DNA of 64,000 nt, taken from Escherichia coli (GTDB lineage: Bacteria > Pseudomonadota > Gammaproteobacteria > Enterobacterales > Enterobacteriaceae). The position numbers and the translations under genes were made by a program. Below the pieces are notes generated by a model. The model saw nothing but the letters and a program-made list of their open reading frames with translations, made no database searches and was not told the origin of the DNA. Below are positions 12,284-30,951 of this stretch, one piece after another; positions within the stretch are counted from its first letter, which is position 1; the number at the start of each line of letters is the position of its first letter. The stretch lies in assembly GCF_003018235.1 (NCBI RefSeq), contig NZ_CP027437.1, one strand, 5' to 3'.

Positions 12284-14088
12284 TGGAAGGTTCCGATTTT
12301 TTACTCGCAGGAGTGTTGTTTCTCTTCGCGGCGGTGGCTGCGGTGCCGCTGGCATCGCGGCTGGGTATTGGCGCTGTGTTGGGATATTTGCTGGCAGGGA
12401 TTGCAATTGGCCCGTGGGGGCTGGGTTTTATTAGCGACGTCGATGAGATCCTCCACTTTTCGGAACTCGGCGTGGTGTTCCTGATGTTTATCATCGGCCT
12501 GGAGTTGAATCCCTCCAAGCTTTGGCAATTGCGGCGTTCGATTTTTGGCGTAGGTGCGGCACAGGTGCTGTTAAGCGCGGCGTTGCTGGCGGGATTATTG
12601 ATGCTGACGGATTTCGCCTGGCAGGCGGCGGTGGTCGGTGGTATTGGCCTTGCGATGTCCTCAACCGCAATGGCGTTGCAACTGATGCGTGAGAAAGGGA
12701 TGAATCGCAGCGAATCCGGCCAGTTAGGTTTCTCGGTACTGCTGTTTCAGGATCTGGCGGTGATCCCGGCACTGGCGTTAGTGCCGTTGTTGGCGGGGGC
12801 GGCAGACGAACATTTCGACTGGATGAAAATCGGCATGAAGGTGCTGGCGTTTGTCGGCATGCTGATTGGCGGGCGTTATTTACTGCGTCCGGTATTCCGT
12901 TTTATTGCAGCTTCTGGTGTGCGGGAAGTGTTCACCGCCGCGACGCTGCTGCTGGTGTTGGGTTCCGCATTGTTTATGGATGCGCTGGGGCTGTCGATGG
13001 CGCTCGGTACGTTTATTGCGGGCGTGTTGCTGGCAGAAAGCGAATATCGCCACGAACTGGAAACAGCTATCGACCCGTTTAAGGGGTTGCTGCTCGGGCT
13101 ATTTTTTATCTCGGTCGGAATGTCGCTCAACCTCGGTGTGCTTTATACCCATCTGTTGTGGGTGGTGTTAAGCGTTATTGTGTTGGTGGCGGTGAAAATT
13201 CTCGTGCTGTATCTGCTGGCGCGACTGTATGGCGTGCGTAGCTCAGAGCGGATGCAGTTTGCTGGCGTGTTGAGTCAGGGCGGTGAGTTTGCCTTTGTGC
13301 TCTTTTCTACCGCTTCTTCACAACGCTTATTCCAGGGTGACCAGATGGCGCTGTTGCTGGTGACGGTGACGCTTTCCATGATGACCACGCCGCTGCTGAT
13401 GAAGCTGGTGGATAAATGGCTATCCCGCCAGTTTAACGGACCGGAAGAAGAAGACGAAAAACCGTGGGTCAACGATGATAAACCCCAGGTCATTGTCGTG
13501 GGCTTTGGGCGTTTTGGTCAGGTGATTGGTCGTTTGCTGATGGCAAATAAAATGCGCATTACTGTGCTGGAGCGGGATATCAGTGCCGTTAACCTGATGC
13601 GTAAATATGGCTACAAAGTTTATTACGGCGACGCCACGCAGGTCGATCTTTTACGTTCTGCGGGAGCAGAGGCCGCTGAGTCTATCGTCATTACCTGTAA
13701 CGAGCCGGAAGACACCATGAAGCTGGTGGAAATATGCCAGCAGCACTTTCCGCATTTGCATATTCTTGCGCGAGCGCGCGGACGTGTGGAAGCGCATGAG
13801 TTATTACAGGCAGGGGTGACGCAGTTTTCCCGTGAAACATTCTCCAGTGCGTTAGAGCTGGGGCGCAAGACGCTGGTCACGCTTGGCATGCATCCGCATC
13901 AGGCACAGCGGGCGCAACTGCATTTTCGTCGCCTGGATATGCGGATGCTGCGAGAGCTCATCCCAATGCATGCCGATACCGTACAAATTTCTCGCGCCAG
14001 GGAAGCCCGACGCGAACTGGAAGAGATTTTCCAGCGTGAAATGCAACAAGAACGACGCCAGCTGGACGGCTGGGATGAATTTGAGTAG
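12283..14088 (+). CDS. kefB: Glutathione-regulated K+/H+ antiporter KefB
   Basis: 601-aa ORF with multi-TM antiporter region and C-terminal KTN/NAD-binding domain ([11 protein letters not shown]). Confidence 0.95.
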   Translation: MEGSDFLLAGVLFLFAAVAAVPLASRLGIGAVLGYLLAGIAIGPWGLGFISDVDEILHFSELGVVFLMFIIGLELNPSKLWQLRRSIFGVGAAQVLLSAALLAGLLMLTDFAWQAAVVGGIGLAMSSTAMALQLMREKGMNRSESGQLGFSVLLFQDLAVIPALALVPLLAGAADEHFDWMKIGMKVLAFVGMLIGGRYLLRPVFRFIAASGVREVFTAATLLLVLGSALFMDALGLSMALGTFIAGVLLAESEYRHELETAIDPFKGLLLGLFFISVGMSLNLGVLYTHLLWVVLSVIVLVAVKILVLYLLARLYGVRSSERMQFAGVLSQGGEFAFVLFSTASSQRLFQGDQMALLLVTVTLSMMTTPLLMKLVDKWLSRQFNGPEEEDEKPWVNDDKPQVIVVGFGRFGQVIGRLLMANKMRITVLERDISAVNLMRKYGYKVYYGDATQVDLLRSAGAEAAESIVITCNEPEDTMKLVEICQQHFPHLHILARARGRVEAHELLQAGVTQFSRETFSSALELGRKTLVTLGMHPHQAQRAQLHFRRLDMRMLRELIPMHADTVQISRAREARRELEEIFQREMQQERRQLDGWDEFE

Positions 14089-14097
14089 AGGGTAAAG

Positions 14098-14298
14098 ATG
14101 GCAATCCGAAAACGTTTTATTGCGGGCGCAAAATGCCCGGCCTGTCAGGCGCAGGATTCAATGGCGATGTGGCGCGAAAATAATATTGATATTGTTGAAT
14201 GTGTTAAGTGCGGACATCAGATGCGAGAAGCGGACAAAGAAGCCCGCGATCACGTTCGCAAAGATGAGCAAGTGATCGGGATTTTTCATCCGGACTAG
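14098..14298 (+). CDS. yheV: Zinc-ribbon small protein YheV
   Basis: 66-aa ORF with CPAC...CVKCGH. Confidence 0.8.
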   Translation: MAIRKRFIAGAKCPACQAQDSMAMWRENNIDIVECVKCGHQMREADKEARDHVRKDEQVIGIFHPD

Positions 14299-14392
14299 CG
14301 ATATGCGCCGAGTTTTTTTAAGCTAGTGAGTACACGGCTGCAGAATTCCGCTACAATCTGCGCCACTATTCTTCCCATGCTCAGGAGATATC

Positions 14393-14983
14393 ATGAAAGT
14401 AGCAAAAGACCTGGTGGTCAGCCTGGCCTATCAGGTACGTACAGAAGACGGTGTGTTGGTTGATGAGTCTCCGGTGAGTGCGCCGCTGGACTACCTGCAT
14501 GGTCACGGTTCCCTGATCTCTGGCCTGGAAACGGCGCTGGAAGGTCACGAAGTTGGCGACAAATTTGATGTCGCTGTTGGCGCGAACGACGCTTACGGTC
14601 AGTACGACGAAAACCTGGTGCAACGCGTTCCTAAAGACGTATTTATGGGCGTTGATGAACTGCAGGTAGGTATGCGTTTCCTGGCTGAAACTGACCAGGG
14701 TCCGGTACCGGTTGAAATCACTGCGGTTGAAGACGATCACGTCGTGGTTGATGGTAACCACATGCTGGCCGGTCAGAATCTGAAATTCAACGTTGAAGTT
14801 GTGGCGATTCGCGAAGCGACTGAAGAAGAACTGGCTCATGGCCACGTTCACGGTGCGCACGATCATCACCACGATCACGACCACGACGGTTGCTGCGGTG
14901 GTCATGGCCACGATCACGGTCATGAACACGGTGGCGAAGGCTGCTGCGGCGGTAAAGGTAACGGCGGTTGCGGTTGCCACTAA
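14393..14983 (+). CDS. slyD: FKBP-type peptidyl-prolyl isomerase / metallochaperone SlyD
   Basis: 196-aa ORF with His/Cys/Gly-rich C-terminal tail. Confidence 0.95.
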   Translation: MKVAKDLVVSLAYQVRTEDGVLVDESPVSAPLDYLHGHGSLISGLETALEGHEVGDKFDVAVGANDAYGQYDENLVQRVPKDVFMGVDELQVGMRFLAETDQGPVPVEITAVEDDHVVVDGNHMLAGQNLKFNVEVVAIREATEEELAHGHVHGAHDHHHDHDHDGCCGGHGHDHGHEHGGEGCCGGKGNGGCGCH

Positions 14984-14998
14984 TACCGAAAAAGTGAC

Positions 14999-15027
14999 AA
15001 AAAAGCGGGGGAATCCCCGCTTTTTTT
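14999..15027. terminator. Bidirectional rho-independent terminator between convergent slyD and slyX
   Basis: Hairpin agcgggg-gaat-ccccgct flanked by A tract upstream and T tract downstream. Confidence 0.7.
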
Positions 15028-15032
15028 ACGCC

Positions 15033-15251
15033 TCAATAATGTGGCGGTGGCGTTTCTTCAGCCTGCGACGCGATGTTCGACGGCTGGCTGGCTTTTAGCT
15101 TCTCGGTCAGCAGACGCAGATGATCGCGCAGTTTCGCCATCTCCATTTCATGAGCGGTCACCGTGACGTTCAGTTCTTCAATGGTGATTTCCTGAAAAGC
15201 CAGTCGGCTCTCCAGCTCTGCCAGGCGTGCTTCCAATGATAAATCCTGCAT
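15033..15251 (-). CDS. slyX: SlyX protein
   Basis: 72-aa coiled-coil ORF. Confidence 0.85.
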
Positions 15252-15331
15252 GATTCACCTCTTTTGTCGAATGGTCGCCGCGGATTCTACTTAACTTTGC
15301 TGCCCGAGACAGCACTCATTTCGCGGTCATC

Positions 15332-15359
15332 GAAACTAATTTAAACAAAAAGAGTCTGA
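15332..15359 (+). promoter_or_regulatory. Candidate sigma-E promoter upstream of fkpA
   Basis: GAAACTA, 16-bp spacer, TCTGA resembles the sigma-E consensus GGAACTT-N16-TCTGA; sigma-E control of fkpA is from memory. Confidence 0.4.
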
Positions 15360-15471
15360 AAATAGATGATAATAGGGCGTGTCTGTATGTAGATTTGTTC
15401 GACAACGCTTTATAGTACCCTTCTGATAATAGTTAACCCTGGGGTGAGATGCCCCGATCCTGGAGATATGG

Positions 15472-16284
15472 ATGAAATCACTGTTTAAAGTAACGCTGCT
15501 GGCGACCACAATGGCCGTTGCCCTGCATGCACCGATCACTTTTGCTGCTGAAGCTGCAAAACCTGCTACAACTGCTGACAGCAAAGCAGCGTTCAAAAAT
15601 GACGATCAGAAATCAGCTTATGCACTGGGTGCTTCGCTGGGTCGTTACATGGAAAACTCTCTTAAAGAACAAGAAAAACTGGGCATCAAACTGGATAAAG
15701 ATCAGCTGATCGCTGGTGTTCAGGATGCATTTGCTGATAAGAGCAAACTCTCCGACCAAGAGATCGAACAGACACTGCAAGCATTCGAAGCTCGCGTGAA
15801 GTCTTCTGCTCAGGCGAAGATGGAAAAAGACGCGGCAGATAACGAAGCGAAAGGTAAAGAGTACCGCGAGAAATTTGCCAAAGAGAAAGGTGTGAAAACC
15901 TCTTCAACTGGTCTGGTTTATCAGGTAGTCGAAGCCGGTAAAGGCGAAGCACCGAAAGACAGCGATACTGTTGTCGTGAACTACAAAGGTACGCTGATCG
16001 ACGGTAAAGAGTTCGACAACTCTTACACCCGTGGTGAACCGCTCTCTTTCCGTCTGGACGGTGTTATTCCGGGGTGGACAGAAGGTCTGAAGAACATCAA
16101 GAAAGGCGGTAAGATCAAACTGGTTATTCCACCAGAACTGGCTTACGGCAAAGCGGGTGTTCCGGGGATCCCACCGAATTCTACCCTGGTGTTTGACGTA
16201 GAGCTGCTGGATGTGAAACCAGCGCCGAAGGCTGATGCAAAGCCGGAAGCTGATGCGAAAGCCGCAGATTCTGCTAAAAAATAA
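15472..16284 (+). CDS. fkpA: Periplasmic FKBP-type peptidyl-prolyl isomerase FkpA
   Basis: 270-aa ORF with signal peptide and FKBP domain. Confidence 0.95.
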   Translation: MKSLFKVTLLATTMAVALHAPITFAAEAAKPATTADSKAAFKNDDQKSAYALGASLGRYMENSLKEQEKLGIKLDKDQLIAGVQDAFADKSKLSDQEIEQTLQAFEARVKSSAQAKMEKDAADNEAKGKEYREKFAKEKGVKTSSTGLVYQVVEAGKGEAPKDSDTVVVNYKGTLIDGKEFDNSYTRGEPLSFRLDGVIPGWTEGLKNIKKGGKIKLVIPPELAYGKAGVPGIPPNSTLVFDVELLDVKPAPKADAKPEADAKAADSAKK

Positions 16285-16293
16285 GCATTAAGA

Positions 16294-16326
16294 ACCGCCG
16301 CCTGACCAGGCGGCGGTTTTTTTATT
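16294..16326 (+). terminator. fkpA rho-independent terminator
   Basis: Hairpin aaccgccgcc...ggcggcggtt followed by a T run. Confidence 0.75.
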
Positions 16327-16450
16327 ACAGGCCGGATATAATTAGTGCTGGAAAGCGGAACCTCCGCTGTATTAATTTAGTTACCCGCATCATTAATGAG
16401 CCTGCCCTGAAAAGTTAACGACAGGCTCCTGAAAAGGAGTGTTTTTTTTC

Positions 16451-17558
<1,108 letters not shown>

Positions 17559-17559
<1 letters not shown>

Positions 17560-17918
17560 TGAAACGAATTGCGTTTGTTTTTTCTACTGCACCTCATGGT
17601 ACAGCTGCTGGTCGGGAAGGTTTAGATGCTTTACTGGCAACTTCCGCATTAACTGACGATCTGGCCGTCTTCTTTATTGCTGATGGCGTTTTTCAGCTGC
17701 TGCCAGGACAAAAGCCCGATGCAGTGCTGGCGCGTGATTACATTGCCACTTTTAAATTGTTGGGTCTGTACGACATTGAACAGTGCTGGGTTTGTGCGGC
17801 TTCACTGCGCGAACGCGGGTTAGATCCGCAGACACCCTTTGTTGTCGAAGCCACGCCGCTCGAAGCAGACGCCTTACGCCGCGAACTCGCCAACTACGAT
17901 GTTATTTTGAGGTTTTGA
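17559..17918 (+). CDS. tusC: Sulfur relay protein TusC
   Basis: 119-aa ORF; start overlaps the tusD stop. Confidence 0.9.
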
Positions 17919-17925
17919 GGCGTTT

Positions 17926-18213
17926 ATGCTGCACACATTACATCGTTCACCCTGGCTGACGGATTTTGCTGCGCTGTTGCGTCTACTCAGTGAAGGCGAC
18001 GAACTGCTATTATTGCAAGATGGTGTAACTGCCGCAGTTGACGGTAACCGCTACCTTGAAAGTCTGCGTAATGCCCCCATTAAGGTCTATGCCCTGAACG
18101 AAGACCTTATTGCCCGCGGTTTGACTGGTCAAATTTCGAACGACATCATTCCCATTGACTATACTGATTTCGTCAGACTTACGGTTAAGCACTCCAGCCA
18201 GATGGCCTGGTGA
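17926..18213 (+). CDS. tusB: Sulfur relay protein TusB
   Basis: 95-aa ORF. Confidence 0.9.
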   Translation: MLHTLHRSPWLTDFAALLRLLSEGDELLLLQDGVTAAVDGNRYLESLRNAPIKVYALNEDLIARGLTGQISNDIIPIDYTDFVRLTVKHSSQMAW

Positions 18214-18235
18214 TGGCGGGATCGTTGTATATTTC

Positions 18236-18713
<478 letters not shown>

Positions 18714-18794
18714 TGGTTCTCCGTTAAGTAAGGCCAAACGTTTTAACTTAAATGTCAAACTAAACTCGTAGAGTTTTGGACAATCCTGAATTAA

Positions 18795-19280
<486 letters not shown>

Positions 19281-19364
19281 TCCCTTCGGAGTTTTAGTCA
19301 CCAGGCGGGCGCTTCCAGTAAGCAGCCCGCTTTGGGCTACTTAAATTGAACGCCTAAAAGATAA

Positions 19365-21491
<2,127 letters not shown>

Positions 21492-21504
21492 GCCTAAGGG
21501 TTAA

Positions 21505-22746
<1,242 letters not shown>

Positions 22747-22770
22747 TTACACGTTAATTAGTTTCGAATT

Positions 22771-22797
22771 AAAAAGGGCGCTTCGGCGCCCTTTTTG
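22771..22797 (+). terminator. tufA rho-independent terminator
   Basis: Hairpin gggcgc-ttcg-gcgccc followed by TTTTT. Confidence 0.85.
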
Positions 22798-23037
22798 CAT
22801 TTGTTGACTGCATATCTTATTCGTACTGTCAGAACGAATAAATTATTCATATTTAAAATATAAATTAAATTTAACATCTTAAATATGAATGTTTCTGTTT
22901 TTAAAAAGCTTCTTTTGTCAGGCTTTTTTCTTATTTTTAATGCCGTAATTTAATTCATATTGAAGGGTTCTCGTAAAACGTAAATAATTCCTGCGTAGGA
23001 CTTTTGTTTTGCAGTTTTTACGTCACAAGGGATTATA

Positions 23038-25740
23038 ATGAAATTAAATATATTTACTAAATCTATGATTGGTATGGGGCTGGTGTGTTCCGCTCTGCCA
23101 GCATTGGCAATGGAAGCATGGAATAACCAACAAGGTGGTAATAAATATCAGGTTATTTTCGATGGCAAAATTTATGAAAATGCCTGGTGGGTTTCTTCTA
23201 CAAATTGCCCGGGAAAAGCAAAAGCAAATGATGCAACTAACCCATGGCGTTTAAAGCGTACCGCGACAGCTGCTGAAATTAGTCAGTTTGGCAATACACT
23301 TTCCTGCGAAAAGAGCGGCAGCTCATCTTCTTCAAATTCAAATACGCCTGCATCCAATACGCCGGCTAATGGCGGTTCGGCTACACCAGCACAAGGCACT
23401 GTTCCGTCTAATTCTTCTGTAGTTGCCTGGAATAAACAGCAGGGCGGTCAGACCTGGTATGTTGTCTTTAATGGTGCGGTATATAAAAATGCCTGGTGGG
23501 TAGCCTCTTCTAACTGCCCGGGTGATGCGAAAGGCAATGATGCCAGCAACCCATGGCGTTATGTTCGTGCCGCTACGGCAACGGAAATCTCAGAAACCAG
23601 TAATCCACAGTCCTGTACTTCAGCACCACAGCCTGCGCCGGATGTGAAACCGGCACCGGACGTTAAACCGGCTCCTGATGTTCAGCCAGCCCCAGCTGAT
23701 AAGTCAAACGACAACTATGCTGTCGTAGCCTGGAAAGGTCAGGAAGGTTCTTCTACATGGTACGTTATCTACAACGGCGGCATTTATAAGAACGCCTGGT
23801 GGGTAGGCGCGGCAAATTGCCCAGGCGATGCGAAAGAAAACGATGCCAGCAACCCATGGCGTTATGTTCGCGCGGCAACAGCAACAGAAATCAGCCAGTA
23901 TGGTAACCCAGGCTCCTGTTCCGTTAAGCCGGATAATAATGGCGATGCTGTGACTCCGGTTGATCCAACTCCGGAAACACCGGAAACTCCGGTGACCCCA
24001 ACCCCGGATAACAACGAGCCATCAACACCAGCGGATAGCGGTAACGATTACTCATTGCAAGCGTGGAGCGGCCAGGAAGGTAGCGAAATTTACCATGTCA
24101 TCTTCAATGGTAATATCTATCAGAATGCCTGGTGGGTTGGTTCTGAAGATTGCCCACGTGGCACTAGTGCAGAAAACTCCAATAACCCATGGCGTCTCGT
24201 GCGTACAGCTACCGCTGCGGAAATGAGTCAGTACGGTAACCCGACTACCTGTGAAATTGATAATGGCGGCGTCATTGTTGCGGATGGTTTCCAGGCCAGC
24301 AAAGCGTACAGCGCGGACAGCATCGTAGATTATAACGATGCACATTATAAAACTTCTGTCGATCAAGGCGCATGGGGCTTTGTCCCAGGCGGTGATAACC
24401 CGTGGAAGAAATACGAACCGGCGAAAGCATGGTCCGCATCCACTGTGTACGTGAAAGGTGATCGCGTTGTTGTTGATGGGCAGGCTTATGAAGCGCTGTT
24501 CTGGACGCAAAGTGACAACCCTGCTCTGGTTGCGAACCAAAACGCCACCGGTAGCAATAGCCGCCCGTGGAAGCCGTTAGGTAAGGCTCAGAGCTATAGC
24601 AACGAAGAGCTGAATAATGCGCCGCAGTTTAATCCAGAAACGCTTTATACCAGCGATACGCTGATTCGCTTTAACGGTGCGAACTACATTTCTCAGAGTA
24701 AAGTGCAGAAAGTTTCTCCTTCTGACAGCAACCCGTGGCGTGTTTTTGTTGACTGGACCGGAACCAAAGAACGTGTAGGTACGCCGAAGAAAGCGTGGCC
24801 GAAACACGTTTATGCACCGTATGTTGACTTTACGCTGAATACGATCCCGGATCTGGCTGCGCTGGCTAAGAATCATAACGTCAACCACTTCACGCTGGCG
24901 TTTGTGGTGAGTAAAGATGCGAACACCTGTCTGCCGACATGGGGTACCGCTTACGGTATGCAGAATTACGCTCAGTACAGCAAAATCAAAGCTCTGCGTG
25001 AGGCTGGCGGCGATGTGATGCTGTCTATCGGTGGTGCTAACAACGCTCCGCTGGCTGCTTCCTGTAAGAACGTAGACGATCTGATGCAGCATTATTATGA
25101 CATCGTTGATAACCTGAACCTCAGAGTCCTGGACTTCGATATCGAAGGCACCTGGGTTGCGGATCAGGCATCTATTGAACGCCGTAACCTTGCTGTGAAG
25201 AAAGTGCAGGATAAATGGAAGTCAGAAGGCAAAGATATTGCTATCTGGTACACCTTGCCAATTCTACCGACTGGCCTGACGCCGGAAGGGATGAATGTCC
25301 TGAGCGATGCCAAAGCGAAAGGTGTTGAGCTGGCGGGTGTGAACGTGATGACAATGGACTACGGTAACGCGATTTGTCAGTCTGCAAATACCGAAGGCCA
25401 GAACATTCACGGTAAGTGTGCAACGTCTGCGATTGCCAACCTGCATTCACAATTGAAAGGCCTCCATCCCAACAAGAGCGATGCAGAAATTGACGCTATG
25501 ATGGGTACCACGCCGATGGTTGGCGTGAACGACGTTCAGGGCGAGGTGTTCTATCTCTCTGATGCTCGTCTGGTCATGCAGGATGCGCAGAAGCGTAATC
25601 TCGGTATGGTTGGTATCTGGTCAATCGCGCGCGACCTGCCGGGCGGCACTAACCTGTCTCCGGAATTCCACGGCCTGACTAAAGAACAGGCACCGAAGTA
25701 CGCATTTAGCGAAATCTTCGCGCCGTTTACTAAGCAATAA
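23038..25740 (+). CDS. chiA: Periplasmic/secreted endochitinase ChiA (modular; GH18-like catalytic domain)
   Basis: 900-aa ORF with signal peptide, four ~65-aa repeated modules, Pro/Thr-rich linkers and C-terminal LDFDIEG motif. Confidence 0.9.
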   Translation: MKLNIFTKSMIGMGLVCSALPALAMEAWNNQQGGNKYQVIFDGKIYENAWWVSSTNCPGKAKANDATNPWRLKRTATAAEISQFGNTLSCEKSGSSSSSNSNTPASNTPANGGSATPAQGTVPSNSSVVAWNKQQGGQTWYVVFNGAVYKNAWWVASSNCPGDAKGNDASNPWRYVRAATATEISETSNPQSCTSAPQPAPDVKPAPDVKPAPDVQPAPADKSNDNYAVVAWKGQEGSSTWYVIYNGGIYKNAWWVGAANCPGDAKENDASNPWRYVRAATATEISQYGNPGSCSVKPDNNGDAVTPVDPTPETPETPVTPTPDNNEPSTPADSGNDYSLQAWSGQEGSEIYHVIFNGNIYQNAWWVGSEDCPRGTSAENSNNPWRLVRTATAAEMSQYGNPTTCEIDNGGVIVADGFQASKAYSADSIVDYNDAHYKTSVDQGAWGFVPGGDNPWKKYEPAKAWSASTVYVKGDRVVVDGQAYEALFWTQSDNPALVANQNATGSNSRPWKPLGKAQSYSNEELNNAPQFNPETLYTSDTLIRFNGANYISQSKVQKVSPSDSNPWRVFVDWTGTKERVGTPKKAWPKHVYAPYVDFTLNTIPDLAALAKNHNVNHFTLAFVVSKDANTCLPTWGTAYGMQNYAQYSKIKALREAGGDVMLSIGGANNAPLAASCKNVDDLMQHYYDIVDNLNLRVLDFDIEGTWVADQASIERRNLAVKKVQDKWKSEGKDIAIWYTLPILPTGLTPEGMNVLSDAKAKGVELAGVNVMTMDYGNAICQSANTEGQNIHGKCATSAIANLHSQLKGLHPNKSDAEIDAMMGTTPMVGVNDVQGEVFYLSDARLVMQDAQKRNLGMVGIWSIARDLPGGTNLSPEFHGLTKEQAPKYAFSEIFAPFTKQ

Positions 25741-25747
25741 ATGTGTT

Positions 25748-25779
25748 GGCGATACCTTCCGGTATCGCCGCATTTTTTG
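25748..25779 (+). terminator. chiA rho-independent terminator
   Basis: Hairpin ggcgatacc-ttcc-ggtatcgcc followed by a T run. Confidence 0.75.
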
Positions 25780-25908
25780 TCAATGGGCTACTTTTGGTAG
25801 CCCATTATTTTTATTCATATTTCTATTCTTTGCTTAAAAAAGAGTCTTTCCGTAATTGAAATAAGAACTATTTTCATTTATTTTTGAAGAAAGTATACGG
25901 GAGTCTCT

Positions 25909-26103
25909 ATGTACGTTTGTCTTTGTAATGGTATCAGCGATAAAAAAATTCGTCAGGCTGTGCGCCAGTTTTCCCCCCACTCGTTCCAGCAATTAAAAAA
26001 ATTTATTCCGGTCGGCAATCAGTGCGGTAAATGTGTCCGGGCCGCGCGTGAAGTGATGGAGGATGAATTAATGCAGTTGCCGGAGTTTAAGGAGTCCGCA
26101 TAA
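25909..26103 (+). CDS. bfd: Bacterioferritin-associated ferredoxin
   Basis: 64-aa ORF with 2Fe-2S cysteine pattern (CLC...C...C..C). Confidence 0.9.
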   Translation: MYVCLCNGISDKKIRQAVRQFSPHSFQQLKKFIPVGNQCGKCVRAAREVMEDELMQLPEFKESA

Positions 26104-26174
26104 ACGGAGTGTGTTTTTTGACTTACTCGTAAGCCGTTCTACGCTTCAAAGAGTGGAAGCGAAGGAGTCAAAAA

Positions 26175-26651
26175 ATGAAAGGTGATACTAAAGTTATAAA
26201 TTATCTCAACAAACTGTTGGGAAATGAGCTTGTCGCAATCAATCAGTACTTTCTCCATGCCCGGATGTTTAAAAACTGGGGTCTCAAACGTCTCAATGAT
26301 GTGGAGTATCATGAATCCATTGATGAGATGAAACACGCCGATCGTTATATTGAGCGCATTCTTTTTCTGGAAGGTCTTCCAAACTTACAGGACCTGGGCA
26401 AACTGAACATTGGTGAAGATGTTGAGGAAATGCTGCGTTCTGATCTGGCTCTTGAGCTGGATGGCGCGAAGAATTTGCGTGAGGCAATTGGTTATGCCGA
26501 TAGCGTTCATGATTACGTCAGCCGCGATATGATGATAGAAATTTTGCGTGATGAAGAAGGCCATATCGACTGGCTGGAAACGGAACTTGATCTGATTCAG
26601 AAGATGGGCCTGCAAAATTATCTGCAAGCACAGATCCGCGAAGAAGGTTGA
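26175..26651 (+). CDS. bfr: Bacterioferritin
   Basis: 158-aa ferritin-like ORF. Confidence 0.95.
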
Positions 26652-26679
26652 GCCGTGTCGGGAGGGAGAACCCTCCCGG

Positions 26680-27356
26680 TTAATACGAGATCCAGGCCAG
26701 ATACCCCAAGTTTATCATGCTGCCGAGCGCAAGCCACGGGCCGAATGCGATAGTGGTTATAGTCCGGCGTTGCAGAAGTTGTGAAACGATGGCGTAACCA
26801 ATGCCACCCAGCGAGGCAATCAGCAGTATCATTGGCAACGTTTGCCAGCCACACCATGCGCCTGCAGCGGCCAGTAGCTTGAAATCACCGTAGCCCAATC
26901 CCTCTTTGTGATAAACTAACCAGACGCCCCAGTAAACACACCACAGCACCCCATAGCCAGCTACCGCGCCGTAAACCGCATCATGTAAATCAATTAATCC
27001 AGACTGCGCATTAAATACCAAGCCAAGCCAGAGCAGCGGTAAGGTGAGTTTGTCGGGCAGGAGCTGAGTGCGAAAATCAATAACACTGAGCGTGAGTGCG
27101 AAACAGAAATAGAGAAAGAGTGCGCCAGTCACGATGGGCGTGAAAGGTGCCAGGGCGCAGGCGATAGCAGCAGCAACGCAAAGTATCAGGGGCACTGTAT
27201 CATGCCAGGCATATTTTTTTTGCCTGAAATGAATCAATACCTGGCGAAACGTTAACGCCGTTTTATCCTCCAAAGGCGAGAGGTGATAGGCCATAGCATT
27301 AACAAAATAACCTGCCATAAAACCAACCAGAATGAAGAGCGGCAGTAGCATTGTCA

Positions 27357-27357
<1 letters not shown>
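26680..27357 (-). CDS. gspO: Type IV prepilin peptidase / N-methyltransferase of the type II secretion system
   Basis: 225-aa polytopic membrane ORF; last gene of the gsp operon. Confidence 0.9.
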
Positions 27358-29773
<2,416 letters not shown>

Positions 29774-29777
<4 letters not shown>

Positions 29778-30940
29778 TTCCCTGAGCTCCTTACTGTCCA
29801 TACGCCACTGACCGGATCTTTTTCTGTTTTTTCCATCGGAAGCCAGGGCTGTGCTAATTCACAGAAACGATCGATATTGGCTTCACTCTTAGCACTCATT
29901 TTTAAGGTCAGCGACTTTTGCTTCTGGCTATAGTTCGCCTCCATTAACTGCAGTTCAGGGTGTTCCAGCAGAAGTGTTTGTAAATGATAGAGCAACGGCA
30001 CAGCTTCAGGATATTGCTGAGCGAGTTGCTGCTTAAAGTAAAAACGAAAGTTGTGGGTGCGTTTGATTTGCGGGAAATAACGTTGCCAGGTTTCTTGCTG
30101 TTGTTGCTGAAGTTGATCTTCAATCTTAAGCGTTTGCCAGAGCGCGATGCCCCGGCTGCCAACAAAAGAAAGAATGGCGAGAACGAGACAGCTTACTGCC
30201 AGGCGGGCGAGCCATTTTCCCGATTTGCTTACAGTTTTCTGTTTACGAAAAACACCATGCAGCATGTCATAGCGCTGGAATGCAATATCGGCAGAATACA
30301 AACTCAGTGATGGTATTTCAGGATGCTGGATAAGTGGATTGGTCGCTGCAACGCCGTGAGGTGCTACACCATAACAAAGCATATTCTCAGGCGGAAACTG
30401 GGCAGCAAGATGCTGTAACCAGTGTTCATCCAGTTCATTGAAGGCATGTGCGGCACTGCGAATAAGCCAGCTTGTTTGCTGGTTAACCAGAGTCCAGCTA
30501 TCTCCTTCCCAGGGAAGATAGCAGCCATCTGGCAAAACCCGCGTCACGTTGAGTCCGGCAGTATGTAAACGCTCAAGATAGCGACTGAGTTTCTCCGACT
30601 GAATGCCTATCACCTCGACACTTTCGTTTTGTTTATCGACAACCGTCCAGTGCCAGTCCTGGGTGTTATCGGGTAACGTCTCCTCTGCCAGCCATTGCAA
30701 TGTTTGTGCGGTGAGTTTGTATTTGACGTTGGGCAGCGTGAGGGAACGATATAAAAGGCCCTCTGGTGGGATCAAAAGATGAACATTTCCGGCACCGGGC
30801 TGATCGGCCAGCGACTCCAGCGGAAGATCGTCTGTGAGCGTATGTACCGAAGATACGCTATCTGCGGAGAACGTCATCCATTCCCAATGCTTACGCAGCG
30901 TCGAGGAAGAACGTATGACCATCAACGATTCAGGCATCAC
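29774..30940 (-). CDS. gspL: Type II secretion system protein L
   Basis: 388-aa ORF in conserved gsp order. Confidence 0.9.
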
Positions 30941-30951
30941 GATCCTTATGA

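Noticed and set aside
23300-24000. Repetitive DNA in chiA considered as a possible CRISPR or tandem-repeat array
   Set aside because: The repeats are in-frame coding modules about 195 bp long with divergent sequence, plus short linker repeats. There are no 28-37 bp direct repeats with unique spacers.
25781-25908. Possible Fur box upstream of bfd
   Set aside because: Best candidate (aataagaactattttcatt) matches the Fur consensus at only about half of the positions; not supportable without a scoring matrix.
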